64,000 nt of DNA from a virus. Of this stretch, positions 7,767 to 18,256 are shown one piece after another. The translations under genes were made by a program, and so were the position numbers. Under the pieces are notes generated by a model that saw only the letters and a program-made list of their open reading frames with translations, was not told where the DNA came from and did not search any database. Within the stretch, counting starts at the first letter, position 1, and the number at the start of each line of letters is the position of its first letter. The DNA lies in the IMG/VR virus record IMGVR_UViG_3300040807_001288, positions 1-64,000 of that record; one strand, written 5' to 3'.

Positions 7767-9380
7767 ATGTTTTCTAATTTATTCGAAGAGAGAGATAAAA
7801 CAATTACCCACCTTGTAAAATTGGGTGACTGCATTGGCAGATCCTTACGCGAGAATGTTAGTCTATTCTCGATTGATAGTGAAAACTCACAGGTTTCCTA
7901 TCTTACCAAAACCGACAAAGTTATTAGCGGAAAATACAGCATTTCTGAGTCGATTTCATTAGAGAACATCAAGGTTCAAGATTCTTCTATTTTCGAAGAC
8001 GGTGAGCACTTCGATGAGTTTGTTAAAGAGAAGATCAACTCTTTCGTAGAAAGTATTCATTATGGGGAGTATGCTACGGCTGATAGCTCTTTTGAAGATG
8101 TGCTTTCTCTCTGGGAGAACAGGCTCAAGCTTGGTTCGATACAGAGCAGACTTTACGAGCAGAGTGAGCGCCTTAGCCGCATAGAAGACATCCTAAACTC
8201 CGACGAGTTCCGTAATCTACAGGAAGTGTCTCCGCAACTAAAGGACTTCCTCAAAGAGAACATTGATCGAGTTACTAGTGTTCCCGAAGTTAGGAATGCA
8301 GTAAACCTTTCAAACGCTGTATCCACCGCATTTAACTTCCCTAAGCTGACCCTGGAAGAGCTTGAGAAGGGCGGAAGCTACTCTCTTAAAAACGGTGTCA
8401 ATGAGTCCATCTACGAGATGATCTGCCGACAAGAACTAGTGAAGCGTGAGCTTATCGAGTCCAAGAAAAGCTTTGACACCGTATGGGCTGATAATGCGGC
8501 GATCAGAAAACTATCTAGCATGATCTTCGAAAGTGACGAGGCTGTGGTTGGCGCTCTTTCTGAGGCCCTCAAAGAAGTTCCTTATCTCTCACTAGCCTCT
8601 AAGAAGACCCTACACAACACCTTCACTAACTGCCTAGCTCACTCGGACGGCATCGGTGTTTCGGAGAAAGATATTCAGAACTTCTCTTCTCGTATCTTTG
8701 AGTACAAGAAGGAAGTTAAGGAAGTTTTCATTGAAACAATTAACGAGCGTTACGGAGTTAACGTCCAGAACCTTCAGGATCCTGCTACCTTCAAGAGCCT
8801 AGCTAACACTCAAGTAGTAATCTTCGAAGCATTATCGAGACTTGCTCCGAAAGGCAGTGTCCTCAAAGGCGTGCTCTCGGAAATGGCCTCTTGCCTTAAA
8901 GGCAAATCGGGTGTTGAGTGCATTGATGTGAATGATTTCCTCATGGAAACATTTGTTTCGGTAGGCTTCGACCAGCTTATCGAAGAGGCTGAAGCGGGTT
9001 CTCTTCCAAAGGTTAACTTCAAAAGAGTTAGCAAGGACCTCGTAGACATTCAAGATCTGATGATGACTCTCAAGTCTAAGGTTCAGGATCAAGAGTACGC
9101 TAGTGACGAGAACCTAGCTCCTCAAAAGGAAAAAGAAGAAGCTCCTAAAGCGGAAGCTCCTGCTCCAAAGCCTGAGCCCGCTCCTGAGCCCGCGCCAGAA
9201 GAAGCTCAAGAGGAGGTGCCTTCCCCAGAAGAAGCCGCCCCTGAGCAGCCTCAGCCTGAAGGAGAGCCTCTCCCAGAGCCTGTAACTAAGCAGGATGCGA
9301 TTGATGATCTAGCCAACATGGAAAACATGGTAGCGGACATTGCCGCCGAGATGGGTATGGACCAAGAGGATGAAAAATGA
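7767..9380 (+). CDS. acidic helical protein with Pro/Glu-rich tail, probably head-assembly related
   Basis: 537-aa ORF with GGAG RBS, directly after the portal; function inferred from position only. Confidence 0.45.
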   Translation: MFSNLFEERDKTITHLVKLGDCIGRSLRENVSLFSIDSENSQVSYLTKTDKVISGKYSISESISLENIKVQDSSIFEDGEHFDEFVKEKINSFVESIHYGEYATADSSFEDVLSLWENRLKLGSIQSRLYEQSERLSRIEDILNSDEFRNLQEVSPQLKDFLKENIDRVTSVPEVRNAVNLSNAVSTAFNFPKLTLEELEKGGSYSLKNGVNESIYEMICRQELVKRELIESKKSFDTVWADNAAIRKLSSMIFESDEAVVGALSEALKEVPYLSLASKKTLHNTFTNCLAHSDGIGVSEKDIQNFSSRIFEYKKEVKEVFIETINERYGVNVQNLQDPATFKSLANTQVVIFEALSRLAPKGSVLKGVLSEMASCLKGKSGVECIDVNDFLMETFVSVGFDQLIEEAEAGSLPKVNFKRVSKDLVDIQDLMMTLKSKVQDQEYASDENLAPQKEKEEAPKAEAPAPKPEPAPEPAPEEAQEEVPSPEEAAPEQPQPEGEPLPEPVTKQDAIDDLANMENMVADIAAEMGMDQEDEK

Positions 9381-9820
9381 TAGATACTAGTCAAGCCATA
9401 AAATCTTTTTGTAAAGTCGTCTCAGTGGCACCTTCCAGCCCTTTTGGGACCGTGCTATCGAAAATAGAACTTAAAGACACTCAAGGAGACATTAAAATAA
9501 AATGCAACTACGCGGAAGTAGCATGTTTAGGAAACGCCTCTGGAGTAGTTCATTTAGTTCCAAGCTCAACTACTTATGCGTATGATCAAGTGACAAATCC
9601 TGTCGCGCTCGCGGGCAGTGATGGTGCAGGGGGTACATTATGTACAGTTGGAAAATATTCACCCAATCCTCAAGTGATTCGCACTAGCGGTTCTGAGTTT
9701 TTTGATATTATTCAAGTAGAAAATCGCACGACAGCAGATGTCGAAGTTGTTATAAATTACGGGGTTGTTTACACCGCAAATCCTTTGGATACACTAAAGG
9801 TTCCTAGTAGAGGTTTATGA
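9377..9820 (+). CDS. hypothetical beta-rich virion protein
   Basis: ATGA-coupled to the upstream gene; 147 aa. Confidence 0.5.
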   Translation: MIDTSQAIKSFCKVVSVAPSSPFGTVLSKIELKDTQGDIKIKCNYAEVACLGNASGVVHLVPSSTTYAYDQVTNPVALAGSDGAGGTLCTVGKYSPNPQVIRTSGSEFFDIIQVENRTTADVEVVINYGVVYTANPLDTLKVPSRGL

Positions 9821-9821
9821 T

Positions 9822-12410
9822 ATGAAAGTATATAATGTAACAATTGATCCTAGCAGGGAAACTATAAAATTCACAAACTATGAGAGTATTCGTGAGTTCT
9901 TAGAGGACTTAAATGCTGACCCAGTAACCGATGATTATGGACAAGAGACTGATTCTAGATCATGGGAGCGATTAGTCGGATCTAAAAGTCTCCATGTGTC
10001 GGATGTCAGGATTAATGTCAAGATAAAAGGAAACCCTTTTGATTCTGCTTATCATAGAACTTTCGATTGGGAGCATAAGTTTCACTGCTACGGGGATAAC
10101 AACATTTTTGTCACCTGTGATTCTAATGTTGGAGAGACTCTTTCTGATAAATTATATAATTCTCCTGGAGTTTTTGAAAACTTTACAGTAGAAGACATCA
10201 GCCTTCGAGGTGACTGGGGGGCTGGGGATAGGTGTCATTCTATAAAATTTAAGAATTGTCACATACGGGGAGAAGTTAAGGCTGGGGCGAGCGTGGGGTT
10301 CAATACACCTCAATCTTGGCCTGGTTACAGTTTGCTCGCTGATGATATGAACTCGTCTAATGCTAATAAGTGCTTCGTTGTTGGAGGAACGAAACTAAGT
10401 GTTGCCTCCACAGCAAAAAGAATGAACCTGGGTCCCGTAGAGTTCGTCAATTGCATTTTTAAAAAGCCGACATATACCCGCTACAGCCCAGCATTTGTGT
10501 ATGAGCCTGGAATGTCGATGACGTACGGCTCCCCAGATTCCTCTAAAGATGAACTAGGAGGCCCTAGCATTTCTCCATCGTTCAATGTAAAATTTATACA
10601 TTGCGATCTTGGTAATGGTAGAGGGCCTTTCAACCCAACAGATTATGATAATAATGATAATACTGTAAACTACAACTCTCTTATTTCTTTAGCAGGTGTT
10701 GGCAACTCTACTGGGTATCAAAAAGGTATTCTTGATCTAACAGCGGAACAGCAAATGATTGATGAGGTTCAACGTTGGGCAAATACGCACATTACCCAAT
10801 ACTATGATTCGAATGGACTTAAAGCTTTTTACAAAGACTACGTTGATGATGATGACCTAGGTGGTCCTTTTAAGCTAGAGCTTATAAACTGTGTCGGTGG
10901 TAACGGATTAAGTGAGCGATCATTCCAAGGAGGCACCACATGGCTAACCACTGCGATTGCGGGATTCAATAGCGCCGCCCAAATAAATAGAGCAATGTCT
11001 TTCCGATGGGACACTCCTCAAAATTACTTCCTATCTGGAGCAGACAACACCTTATACTCCTGGAATATTGGTGGAGAAGGAAATCTACAAACCAGATATC
11101 CTCTAGATGATACTCAGTGGGATTATAACTCTGGAACTTTTGATTATTTCGAAATAGGGTATACTCGGCGCGGAATGTTCTATAATCCAAGAAACTATTA
11201 CTCAGATCAACAGCATCAGCCCGCAAACCTTGGACCCTTCTTTGTTTCTCGGGGAAGTGAGGCTATTTTCTCCTACCCATATGCTCCCGAAATAGAAACT
11301 GTTAGGTTCCCTAATCACCCACAAAACGATCTAGCCAGACAAACTTGGAATAGCTGGGATAACCCTGCTGGATACCGAGACAGAAATGTAGTTACTGGGG
11401 CCGAAAAGGATATCTTTGGAACAACTCGATCAAAGGATGTTCTCCCAGGTCCTATTCAAACAATGTCTGTTTGGGCAGAGCCTCTTCAGTTGACCGTTAA
11501 TAGCTCTTATCCTGCCAATCATGGGACTAAGAGTAGAACCAATCAAAATTTCTACTACACCCTTGGATGCACTAACAAGCCCAGAGGTTTTGAGAGTGAA
11601 ATTTCTGAGACCATTCTATACATGGTTCCAAATGAAAACAAGACTCCTGTTAGATCTCTTACTGAGGCAGCGGATAGTAACTTAAAGATTTCAGATACTT
11701 CGGCTCAAAGTGAGTTTGGATTTGACATGGATAATGGATTGCTGTTTCAGCAACCAGGGTCATTCCTGGTGCAAGTTCAAAACTCTGATCTAGACTCTGG
11801 TGTGCTTATGAATATAGACCATAAGCACCTTATAGATGATAGTTTCACTCAAAAAGAGAAATTTAAGCTAGACTTCGGTAAGCTTGATCATGGTGGATCG
11901 GATGGCACCCCCACGATTCTACCTTCGGACACAAACTTCTCTTGGTTCATAATGGCTAAGACAAAGGGTGGTCCCGTAGGAACATCGGACTTCTTCTTCA
12001 CTACTGAGCCCGCACGAACTATCTCTACAAACACGCCTGACCCTCTTGCTGGAGTCACCTCTGAAGTAGTAGAGTATAAGCAAGTGGCTGTCAAGAGAAA
12101 AACCGAATCCTTCACCGTGTTTGCTGATGACGCTAGTGGAATGGCTACTGATCACTATGTTGTATTCGCAGATGGGAGCGCGGTCTCTGCGACACTGCCT
12201 GAGGCGTCCGCTCAGTCCATGCGAGCCGTAACTGTAACAAAATCTACAGGAGCCTCCCCCGTAGGTATCCTTGCGGCTGCGGGAGACACGGTGCATGATC
12301 AAGAGTCCATATCTCTCACCACTGAGGGGGAATCATTAGTCCTTGTTAGCGATGGAAATAATTGGGTTAAGTTACCAGTAGACTATCTACAAATAGAAAG
12401 AGGTAGTTAA
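9822..12410 (+). CDS. putative fibre/spike protein with beta-helix region and C-terminal fibre-type domain
   Basis: Rungs KFKNCHI, EFVNCIF, KFIHCDL, ELINCVG; DIFGTTR..LPGP cap; C-terminal ATLPEA...SLVLVSDGNNW pattern common in phage fibres. Confidence 0.55.
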   Translation: MKVYNVTIDPSRETIKFTNYESIREFLEDLNADPVTDDYGQETDSRSWERLVGSKSLHVSDVRINVKIKGNPFDSAYHRTFDWEHKFHCYGDNNIFVTCDSNVGETLSDKLYNSPGVFENFTVEDISLRGDWGAGDRCHSIKFKNCHIRGEVKAGASVGFNTPQSWPGYSLLADDMNSSNANKCFVVGGTKLSVASTAKRMNLGPVEFVNCIFKKPTYTRYSPAFVYEPGMSMTYGSPDSSKDELGGPSISPSFNVKFIHCDLGNGRGPFNPTDYDNNDNTVNYNSLISLAGVGNSTGYQKGILDLTAEQQMIDEVQRWANTHITQYYDSNGLKAFYKDYVDDDDLGGPFKLELINCVGGNGLSERSFQGGTTWLTTAIAGFNSAAQINRAMSFRWDTPQNYFLSGADNTLYSWNIGGEGNLQTRYPLDDTQWDYNSGTFDYFEIGYTRRGMFYNPRNYYSDQQHQPANLGPFFVSRGSEAIFSYPYAPEIETVRFPNHPQNDLARQTWNSWDNPAGYRDRNVVTGAEKDIFGTTRSKDVLPGPIQTMSVWAEPLQLTVNSSYPANHGTKSRTNQNFYYTLGCTNKPRGFESEISETILYMVPNENKTPVRSLTEAADSNLKISDTSAQSEFGFDMDNGLLFQQPGSFLVQVQNSDLDSGVLMNIDHKHLIDDSFTQKEKFKLDFGKLDHGGSDGTPTILPSDTNFSWFIMAKTKGGPVGTSDFFFTTEPARTISTNTPDPLAGVTSEVVEYKQVAVKRKTESFTVFADDASGMATDHYVVFADGSAVSATLPEASAQSMRAVTVTKSTGASPVGILAAAGDTVHDQESISLTTEGESLVLVSDGNNWVKLPVDYLQIERGS

Positions 12411-12415
12411 ACCGT

Positions 12416-15400
12416 ATGACTGAGTATAGTGCAGTAATAGTTGTCCAGTCGAACGAGGCTGGACAACCTACAAACCTGTTGGCTTTAGGGGATCAGGACA
12501 CTCTTGCAAAGGATGTCCTCCCTCCTGATATACAAAGCCTTCCTGGAGACGTTACTGCTATCTCTACCGCTACAGGATCTCTAAACCCTTTACTTCCTCT
12601 TACTGCCAATGTAGAAGAAATTCTGGATCTAACTGCTGATGTAATTTCTATTACTGACGCTACGGGAGCACTTAACCCATTAGTGCCCATTACGGGAACG
12701 CTCACGGCGCTTGATGTTATTGTAACTGGCGAGGGTGGAGTTCTTGACGATATTGAAGATCTTTTTCAAGCTACAGGCACTAATTATGTAAACATTACGT
12801 CGATCAACGAAGCTACAGGAGTTTTAGATCCTCTAACTGGTGCAGGAATTGTAGACGCAGTTTTGGATGTTACATCCGATGTCATCGACTTGTTTGAGGC
12901 AACAGGAAATAACTTCCATGACATTACTGGTCTTAATACTGCTACAGGATTGTTAGAAGGTGATGTAACTGCTCTTTATGCAGGAACGGGAGTCATTGTT
13001 GACGCTACAGGCCCGTTAGATACAATCGCAAATGCTGGTGATGTTGTTAAGTTAGAAGGTCTTGTCTCTAGATCAGATGGTCTAGCTGATATTGCTCAGG
13101 ATTATGATGACGCTGGTGGAGATGGAACTCTTTTTCAGGCCCTAGATGCCACAGCCAATCAGTTAGGTCCATTAACTGGCATTACTGTTGGCACGGGGAG
13201 TTTAGTTGATATTCATGAAGATTACAACATTGCTAGGGGTGGGGGAGGTGCTACAGTTCTCAACGATATTAAGGATGGTACTGGCACCAACTTTCATAAC
13301 CTAACAGGTATTGCTGAAGCTACAGGAACGCTAGAACCCCTTACGTCAGTTCTTCCTCTAACTGGTCCAGGGATTGTAGATGAGCTTTTAGATGTCACAG
13401 CCGATGTCCTCACCTTGTTTGATCAAACTGGTGTTAACTATGATAATATCACGGGGATTGCTGAAGCTACAGGAACGCTAAACACCCTGACTGGAGTTTT
13501 ACCTCTAACTGCTACCGATGTCATACCTTACATTCAAGACCTAACAGGTATCAAGACTGAGTTAGTTGAGATTGAAGGTGGTATTTCTTATGCGGGCGGC
13601 AGCTTGAGCGTGACTGGAACTTTGAACATTGCTGATGGAAATCTAGACTTTCCATCTACTGGGGGGGACATCGACAATGTTAAGCGTATTGATGGAAGAA
13701 CCAATACTGATCTAACTATTGACAGTGCGAACAACAGAAACTTAATTATTCGCTCTGCTGGAACTGGCGAACTAAAATTGGGGCACGTCGGCAACGGAAC
13801 ATTCGCCACCAATAATTTCGCACTCTCTGCGAATAATTGGACATCAACTCATGAAAGGTTAAAAGACCCTATCCTGGGATCAGCGGGTATGTTCGCAGGA
13901 ACAGGCACCAACTTTAATAACATAACAGGTATTGCTGAAGCTACAGGGACATTAAACACGCTGACTGGGGTTCTTCCCCTAACAGCCACCGACGTAGTAC
14001 CGTACATTCAAGACCTGACGGGTATCAAGACCGAGTTAGTTGCGATTGAATCTGATTACTCTGAGGTAGGAGGCACAACGGTTCTTCAAGATCTAGATGC
14101 TACAGCCACTCAGCTAGGTCCACTAACTGGTATAGATCTGCTTAACCTCACTGCGATAAATGAATTACTAGACGTTACTTCTGTTCAAGGGTTAGCTGCT
14201 ATACAAACTGACAGTGTAGGCTTCCTATTCCCAGGAGGGGGTGTGCTTTCTGGGGCGAATACCTTTCGACCAACGATAGGCAGTGAACTAAAAATTCTAG
14301 GCGCTGTAGACAATAATCTACAGATTAGAAATAAATCAGGACAACAGCTAATTATAGGTCTAGATGGAGCAAACAATGGTTTTAGTTCAAACGACTTCGC
14401 TGCTTCTGCTGCTAATTGGAGTGAGGTGTACGATGCGTGTGTTGCAGGTGACATTGGTGGAGGAGGAGGGGCTACAAGTATTGCCAGTGCCATACATTAC
14501 AACCCAACTACAGACATCCCAATTGTATCCGATGGCACAGGGCTTCCTGTAAATAACGCAGTTCTTAGATATAATAATACAGTCACTGCGTTTGAGTTTA
14601 GAAAAGGACAGAATCCGTTTGCTTTAGTCGAAGGAGATACAGTAACCCTAGACCCAACGGTGGTCAATTTATTTAATCTTGGCGATGCCAATATTGGTGG
14701 TGGTAATTCCCTAGATTTCTCAGCAAGTTTTACAACTTCAGGAAACACAAAAACCCTCCTAGAATTTGATGGCAAGAGTCGAGTCGCACTAGGAAGAAAC
14801 TCAGTCCCACTAGAGATTAGTGCTAATGGTGAGTCTGATGTAAGGCTTGAAGATGATGGAACTGATGGTGCGTTTGTACTAATTAAGGGAACTAAGGTTG
14901 GGGATTCTCCAAGTATCAGTCAGGTTCACCTGCAATCTGCGGACCTAAGTGCTGACACTTATTCTTTAGCAACTTTCGATTCCCCTATAGCCACCAATAA
15001 CACAATAGAGGCTAACGGCGGTAAGGGATCTTCTCACCCCACAGCGGGAGGTCAGGTCCTTCAAAGTAGAGGATCCTCTACGGCGGTTACTTGGGGTAAC
15101 AAGAAGAAGCTCAGGTGGTATGAGAGTGATTTCCACTCAGCAGATGTTAGAATTAATGGACCTTGGCTTGGGGCTGCGGTAAATGCGGGAACCACTGGTG
15201 CTGGTGTCAGTCCTACATCTCTATGGTCAGAAATGATCGGAGCGGTTCTGCTTAAATCTAGTACCACAGCAGATTCAGGGTATCGTTGGGATTCACAAGC
15301 TATGGACAGGATAGCCCCCAGAAAAAACTTATTCTTTGAGTGCATCTTCGCTGTTCCCGATGACTTCACAAATAAAACAGCTAAGTTTGGGTTTTACGAT

Positions 15401-15772
15401 GATGCAACCAATGCCACAGCGGCGGTGGATGGAACTTATTTCCTAATCGACAATAGCGGAAATATAACACCAGAAACAGCAAATAATAGCACTCGAACAA
15501 CTGGGGCTACTTATGCCTTATCCGTGGACACTGTGTATAAAGCTCAAATTTGGTGGAGCACTAGCACCACGGCAATATTTAAATTAACAGATATGGATGA
15601 GTCTACTGTTCATCAAACCTGGACAATTTCTACTAATCTCCCCTCTGGAACTGCGCGCAGATTTGGTGCGGGTGCAGTTGCAAAAAGTTCAGGGACGGCT
15701 GTAGATGGGTTATTTGTTTTAGATTATATGGGTTGGGGACTCTATCCATATAGAGAGGATGACTCAATTTAG
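12416..15772 (+). CDS. long fibre protein with Thr-Gly periodic repeats and a C-terminal beta-rich domain
   Basis: 1118 aa; frequent TG dipeptides, often 7 residues apart; internal duplications; GQVLQSRGSSTAVTW fibre linker before the tip domain. Confidence 0.65.
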   Translation: MTEYSAVIVVQSNEAGQPTNLLALGDQDTLAKDVLPPDIQSLPGDVTAISTATGSLNPLLPLTANVEEILDLTADVISITDATGALNPLVPITGTLTALDVIVTGEGGVLDDIEDLFQATGTNYVNITSINEATGVLDPLTGAGIVDAVLDVTSDVIDLFEATGNNFHDITGLNTATGLLEGDVTALYAGTGVIVDATGPLDTIANAGDVVKLEGLVSRSDGLADIAQDYDDAGGDGTLFQALDATANQLGPLTGITVGTGSLVDIHEDYNIARGGGGATVLNDIKDGTGTNFHNLTGIAEATGTLEPLTSVLPLTGPGIVDELLDVTADVLTLFDQTGVNYDNITGIAEATGTLNTLTGVLPLTATDVIPYIQDLTGIKTELVEIEGGISYAGGSLSVTGTLNIADGNLDFPSTGGDIDNVKRIDGRTNTDLTIDSANNRNLIIRSAGTGELKLGHVGNGTFATNNFALSANNWTSTHERLKDPILGSAGMFAGTGTNFNNITGIAEATGTLNTLTGVLPLTATDVVPYIQDLTGIKTELVAIESDYSEVGGTTVLQDLDATATQLGPLTGIDLLNLTAINELLDVTSVQGLAAIQTDSVGFLFPGGGVLSGANTFRPTIGSELKILGAVDNNLQIRNKSGQQLIIGLDGANNGFSSNDFAASAANWSEVYDACVAGDIGGGGGATSIASAIHYNPTTDIPIVSDGTGLPVNNAVLRYNNTVTAFEFRKGQNPFALVEGDTVTLDPTVVNLFNLGDANIGGGNSLDFSASFTTSGNTKTLLEFDGKSRVALGRNSVPLEISANGESDVRLEDDGTDGAFVLIKGTKVGDSPSISQVHLQSADLSADTYSLATFDSPIATNNTIEANGGKGSSHPTAGGQVLQSRGSSTAVTWGNKKKLRWYESDFHSADVRINGPWLGAAVNAGTTGAGVSPTSLWSEMIGAVLLKSSTTADSGYRWDSQAMDRIAPRKNLFFECIFAVPDDFTNKTAKFGFYDDATNATAAVDGTYFLIDNSGNITPETANNSTRTTGATYALSVDTVYKAQIWWSTSTTAIFKLTDMDESTVHQTWTISTNLPSGTARRFGAGAVAKSSGTAVDGLFVLDYMGWGLYPYREDDSI
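13445..14050 (+). repeat. ~132-bp diverged direct repeat (approx. 13445-13576 and 13919-14050), partial third copy near 13300
   Basis: Both copies encode NITGIAEATGTLNTLTGVLPLTATDV(I/V)PYIQDLTGIKTELV(E/A)IE with mostly synonymous differences. Confidence 0.85.
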
Positions 15773-15798
15773 CGGGGTAATTATTGGAGACTAACGAT

Positions 15799-16029
15799 AT
15801 GGAAAGAAGAAATCTCATAAATAAAGATACCATGTTACCCTTGGGTATGGTTATATCAATTTGTGCTGGCGTTGTGTGGATCAGCACAGAGCTAAACCAT
15901 ATAAACTACAAACTAGATATACTTGAAGGCAAGTTAGAAGATCAGTGGACCAAGCGAGACATGGAGAACTGGGGGCTTCGGTTACGAATGGAGAATCCAG
16001 AAATCGTCATACCTCCAATGGACGATTAA
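15799..16029 (+). CDS. small single-TM plus coiled-coil protein (holin-like architecture)
   Basis: GGAG RBS before ATG 15799; LPLGMVISICAGVVWIS transmembrane segment, then heptads. Confidence 0.45.
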   Translation: MERRNLINKDTMLPLGMVISICAGVVWISTELNHINYKLDILEGKLEDQWTKRDMENWGLRLRMENPEIVIPPMDD

Positions 16030-16253
16030 TTTAGCATGTGATTCTGCTTCGCTGCTCGCAATAACCTCCATAAATGATTGTCTTTTATGGAGGTTATAGT
16101 AGTGATAGAATTTTCCAATCTACGGATTTCATCCTCAGAAATTGTGGGAGTAGTAAGGACCTTTTTAATATCCTCTACTACCTCTAACAAGTTTCTTTTG
16201 TCAGCCTCCGATATTTGAAATATCTCTTTTTCAATTGTCTGTTTAGCTTTCAT
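16026..16253 (-). CDS. small helical hypothetical protein
   Basis: 75 aa, coupled to the oxygenase stop codon. Confidence 0.65.
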   Translation of the reverse strand: MKAKQTIEKEIFQISEADKRNLLEVVEDIKKVLTTPTISEDEIRRLENSITTITSIKDNHLWRLLRAAKQNHMLN

Positions 16254-16843
16254 CGCATTATCTCAATCTTCTTGTCCCAGCAGCTAATCATTAAGCTTAT
16301 TCTGGATGTTCCTTGTTGCAGATGCTTTATGGGTAAAACACCGTGAGCCATATTCCCTTCGAAGATAACCAGTCTGTTAGGTTTGTATGGTATCTTGAGC
16401 CAGTCCTCGGCTTCCGATCTATCTTTTAGATCGTAAATGTTTGTCTCAAACTTGTAGCCTGGGTGATAACCGTTTGTGTCCATCACAAGCTCGCCGCCTT
16501 CCATACCATCATCACCCCCCAAGAATATAACGGCAGTCTTTTTGGCTGTCTCTATATCTTCTGCTGCTTCATCACAATCCACATGATGGCTTAGGTGGTT
16601 CACTTCTTTGTCTAAGGAGTTAACCCATACTTCAAATCCATTGCTATTGAAGGCGGGATCAATAGTAGGCAAAGCTCTAATTATTTTGCATATATATTTT
16701 TCTGTATGATCCTTATGTTTGTTCCCCCAAACGTACTTGCTAGTGAAAAAATCAAACTGCCAGGAGCCAGCGTAGTGAAAGAACCTATAAAGTTCTTCTA
16801 ATATGTTATCTTCGGAAAGGAAATCATCTATTATCTTAATCAC
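16250..16843 (-). CDS. 2OG-Fe(II) oxygenase (prolyl-4-hydroxylase-like)
   Basis: HVD (HxD), GGEL, PNRLVIF, distal HGV and RISL 2-oxoglutarate-binding Arg. Confidence 0.85.
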   Translation of the reverse strand: MIKIIDDFLSEDNILEELYRFFHYAGSWQFDFFTSKYVWGNKHKDHTEKYICKIIRALPTIDPAFNSNGFEVWVNSLDKEVNHLSHHVDCDEAAEDIETAKKTAVIFLGGDDGMEGGELVMDTNGYHPGYKFETNIYDLKDRSEAEDWLKIPYKPNRLVIFEGNMAHGVLPIKHLQQGTSRISLMISCWDKKIEIMR

Positions 16844-18213
16844 AGAATGTTGACCGTATGGCCCTCTCTTTCGTAGTGGCGCTTCCTATTAGAAGAATGC
16901 TCGATCAAGTATTTCTCCTTGTCTAGGAAATCATAAATATATACTACGCTTTTGCTTTCATGCCTTCTTAATGCTCGACCAAGTGCTTGTAGTGTAGCAA
17001 TCTCGGACTTCATCCCCCTGGCATTAATGAAGTGAGTGATCTCTTCAATGTTCACTCCTGTTTGCAATATTTTGGTTCCAATAAGCACGCTAGATTCTTC
17101 ACATCCTCGGAATCTAGAAATACAGTCATACCGCTCTGTGATGGAATTAGCCCCTTCCAGGAACTCGACGGATCCTCCAACCAGCTTTTCCAGGGATCTT
17201 CCATGATCAAGTGATTGGGTAAGAATAAGTATGCGGGCTTTTTCATTGTCTTCTCTGATAGCATCTACTACACCTTTTATAATATTGTTTCTAGATTTGT
17301 TATTTACTATGTAATTTTCGTACACAGTTAGATATCCTTGATCCTCATCCAAGCCACTAGCATCATAAGGTCTATCAATAAGCTGAATGATTGGTTTGGT
17401 TAACTTACCCTCCTCTACCAAGGAGGCGGTGTCCACCTGCTGTATAACCCCTCCCAGAGCGCCTTCAAGGTTATATCTAGGAATGTCATCATTGGGAGGG
17501 GTAGCGGTAAATCCGAAGCGATACCGAGCCTTAGGGAAGCTTCTGATGGCAGCTAAGGTCGTCTTGCCGTTAGAAAACTCATGACACTCATCCACCATGA
17601 GGACTTCTGCTTCGTCGAGGTGTGTGTCAAGTATTCGTTCAATACTTTGAACAGTACATAACATGATATCACCCTGAACAAAACCCTCACCGTAACAAAG
17701 ACCAACATTATCAAAGCCGCAAGCTTCAGTGAGGAAATCATAAGACTGAGTTAGTAGTTGTTTGGCGTTGAATAGGATTACCATTTTCCTACCCTCTAAA
17801 GCTTTGATTAGCCCCGCCATAATCAATGTTTTTCCCGAACCCGTGGGGGACTTGATTATCCCTCTCTTATTATGTAGCCCTTGTGAGATTAGTTCCTCTT
17901 GATAGTCATAATACTTAAAGCCATGAATTTGCTTAGTGTTTAGAGGCTTGTTCTCTACTGGAGGGAGGTTGTACACGATCTCTGGCGTACAGTTAATTTT
18001 CTTGAGGTCTTCTAGTAGCCTAGATAATAAGCCAGTCCTTAAAACTCCTCCCTTTGTAATGAAGTGAGTTTTGCCATCCCACTGCCTCCTCTTGTAAACG
18101 GCAGAGTATGCAGCACCTGGAACCTTAAACGAGTACATGTCGTACAAGGCTTTCAAGAGTTCGGGATTGTCCGTCTCGATTCGTGAATTTATATTATCTA
18201 CATGAATCTTCAT
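16840..18213 (-). CDS. uvsW: SF2 DNA helicase, UvsW-like (probable start 18213)
   Basis: WDGK N-terminal motif, YQEE, SPTGSGKT, DECH, TAT, TGVNI, QALGRALR. Confidence 0.9.
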   Translation of the reverse strand: MKIHVDNINSRIETDNPELLKALYDMYSFKVPGAAYSAVYKRRQWDGKTHFITKGGVLRTGLLSRLLEDLKKINCTPEIVYNLPPVENKPLNTKQIHGFKYYDYQEELISQGLHNKRGIIKSPTGSGKTLIMAGLIKALEGRKMVILFNAKQLLTQSYDFLTEACGFDNVGLCYGEGFVQGDIMLCTVQSIERILDTHLDEAEVLMVDECHEFSNGKTTLAAIRSFPKARYRFGFTATPPNDDIPRYNLEGALGGVIQQVDTASLVEEGKLTKPIIQLIDRPYDASGLDEDQGYLTVYENYIVNNKSRNNIIKGVVDAIREDNEKARILILTQSLDHGRSLEKLVGGSVEFLEGANSITERYDCISRFRGCEESSVLIGTKILQTGVNIEEITHFINARGMKSEIATLQALGRALRRHESKSVVYIYDFLDKEKYLIEHSSNRKRHYEREGHTVNIL

Positions 18214-18219
18214 CAAACT

Positions 18220-18235
18220 ATTATAGAGTATATAA
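18220..18235. promoter_or_regulatory. back-to-back promoters: minus-strand TATAAT (18220-18225) and plus-strand GTATATAA (18228-18235)
   Basis: 43-bp divergent gap; TATAAT-N6-ATG for the helicase. Confidence 0.5.
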
Positions 18236-18256
18236 TACTCTACTAGGAGTCTATTT

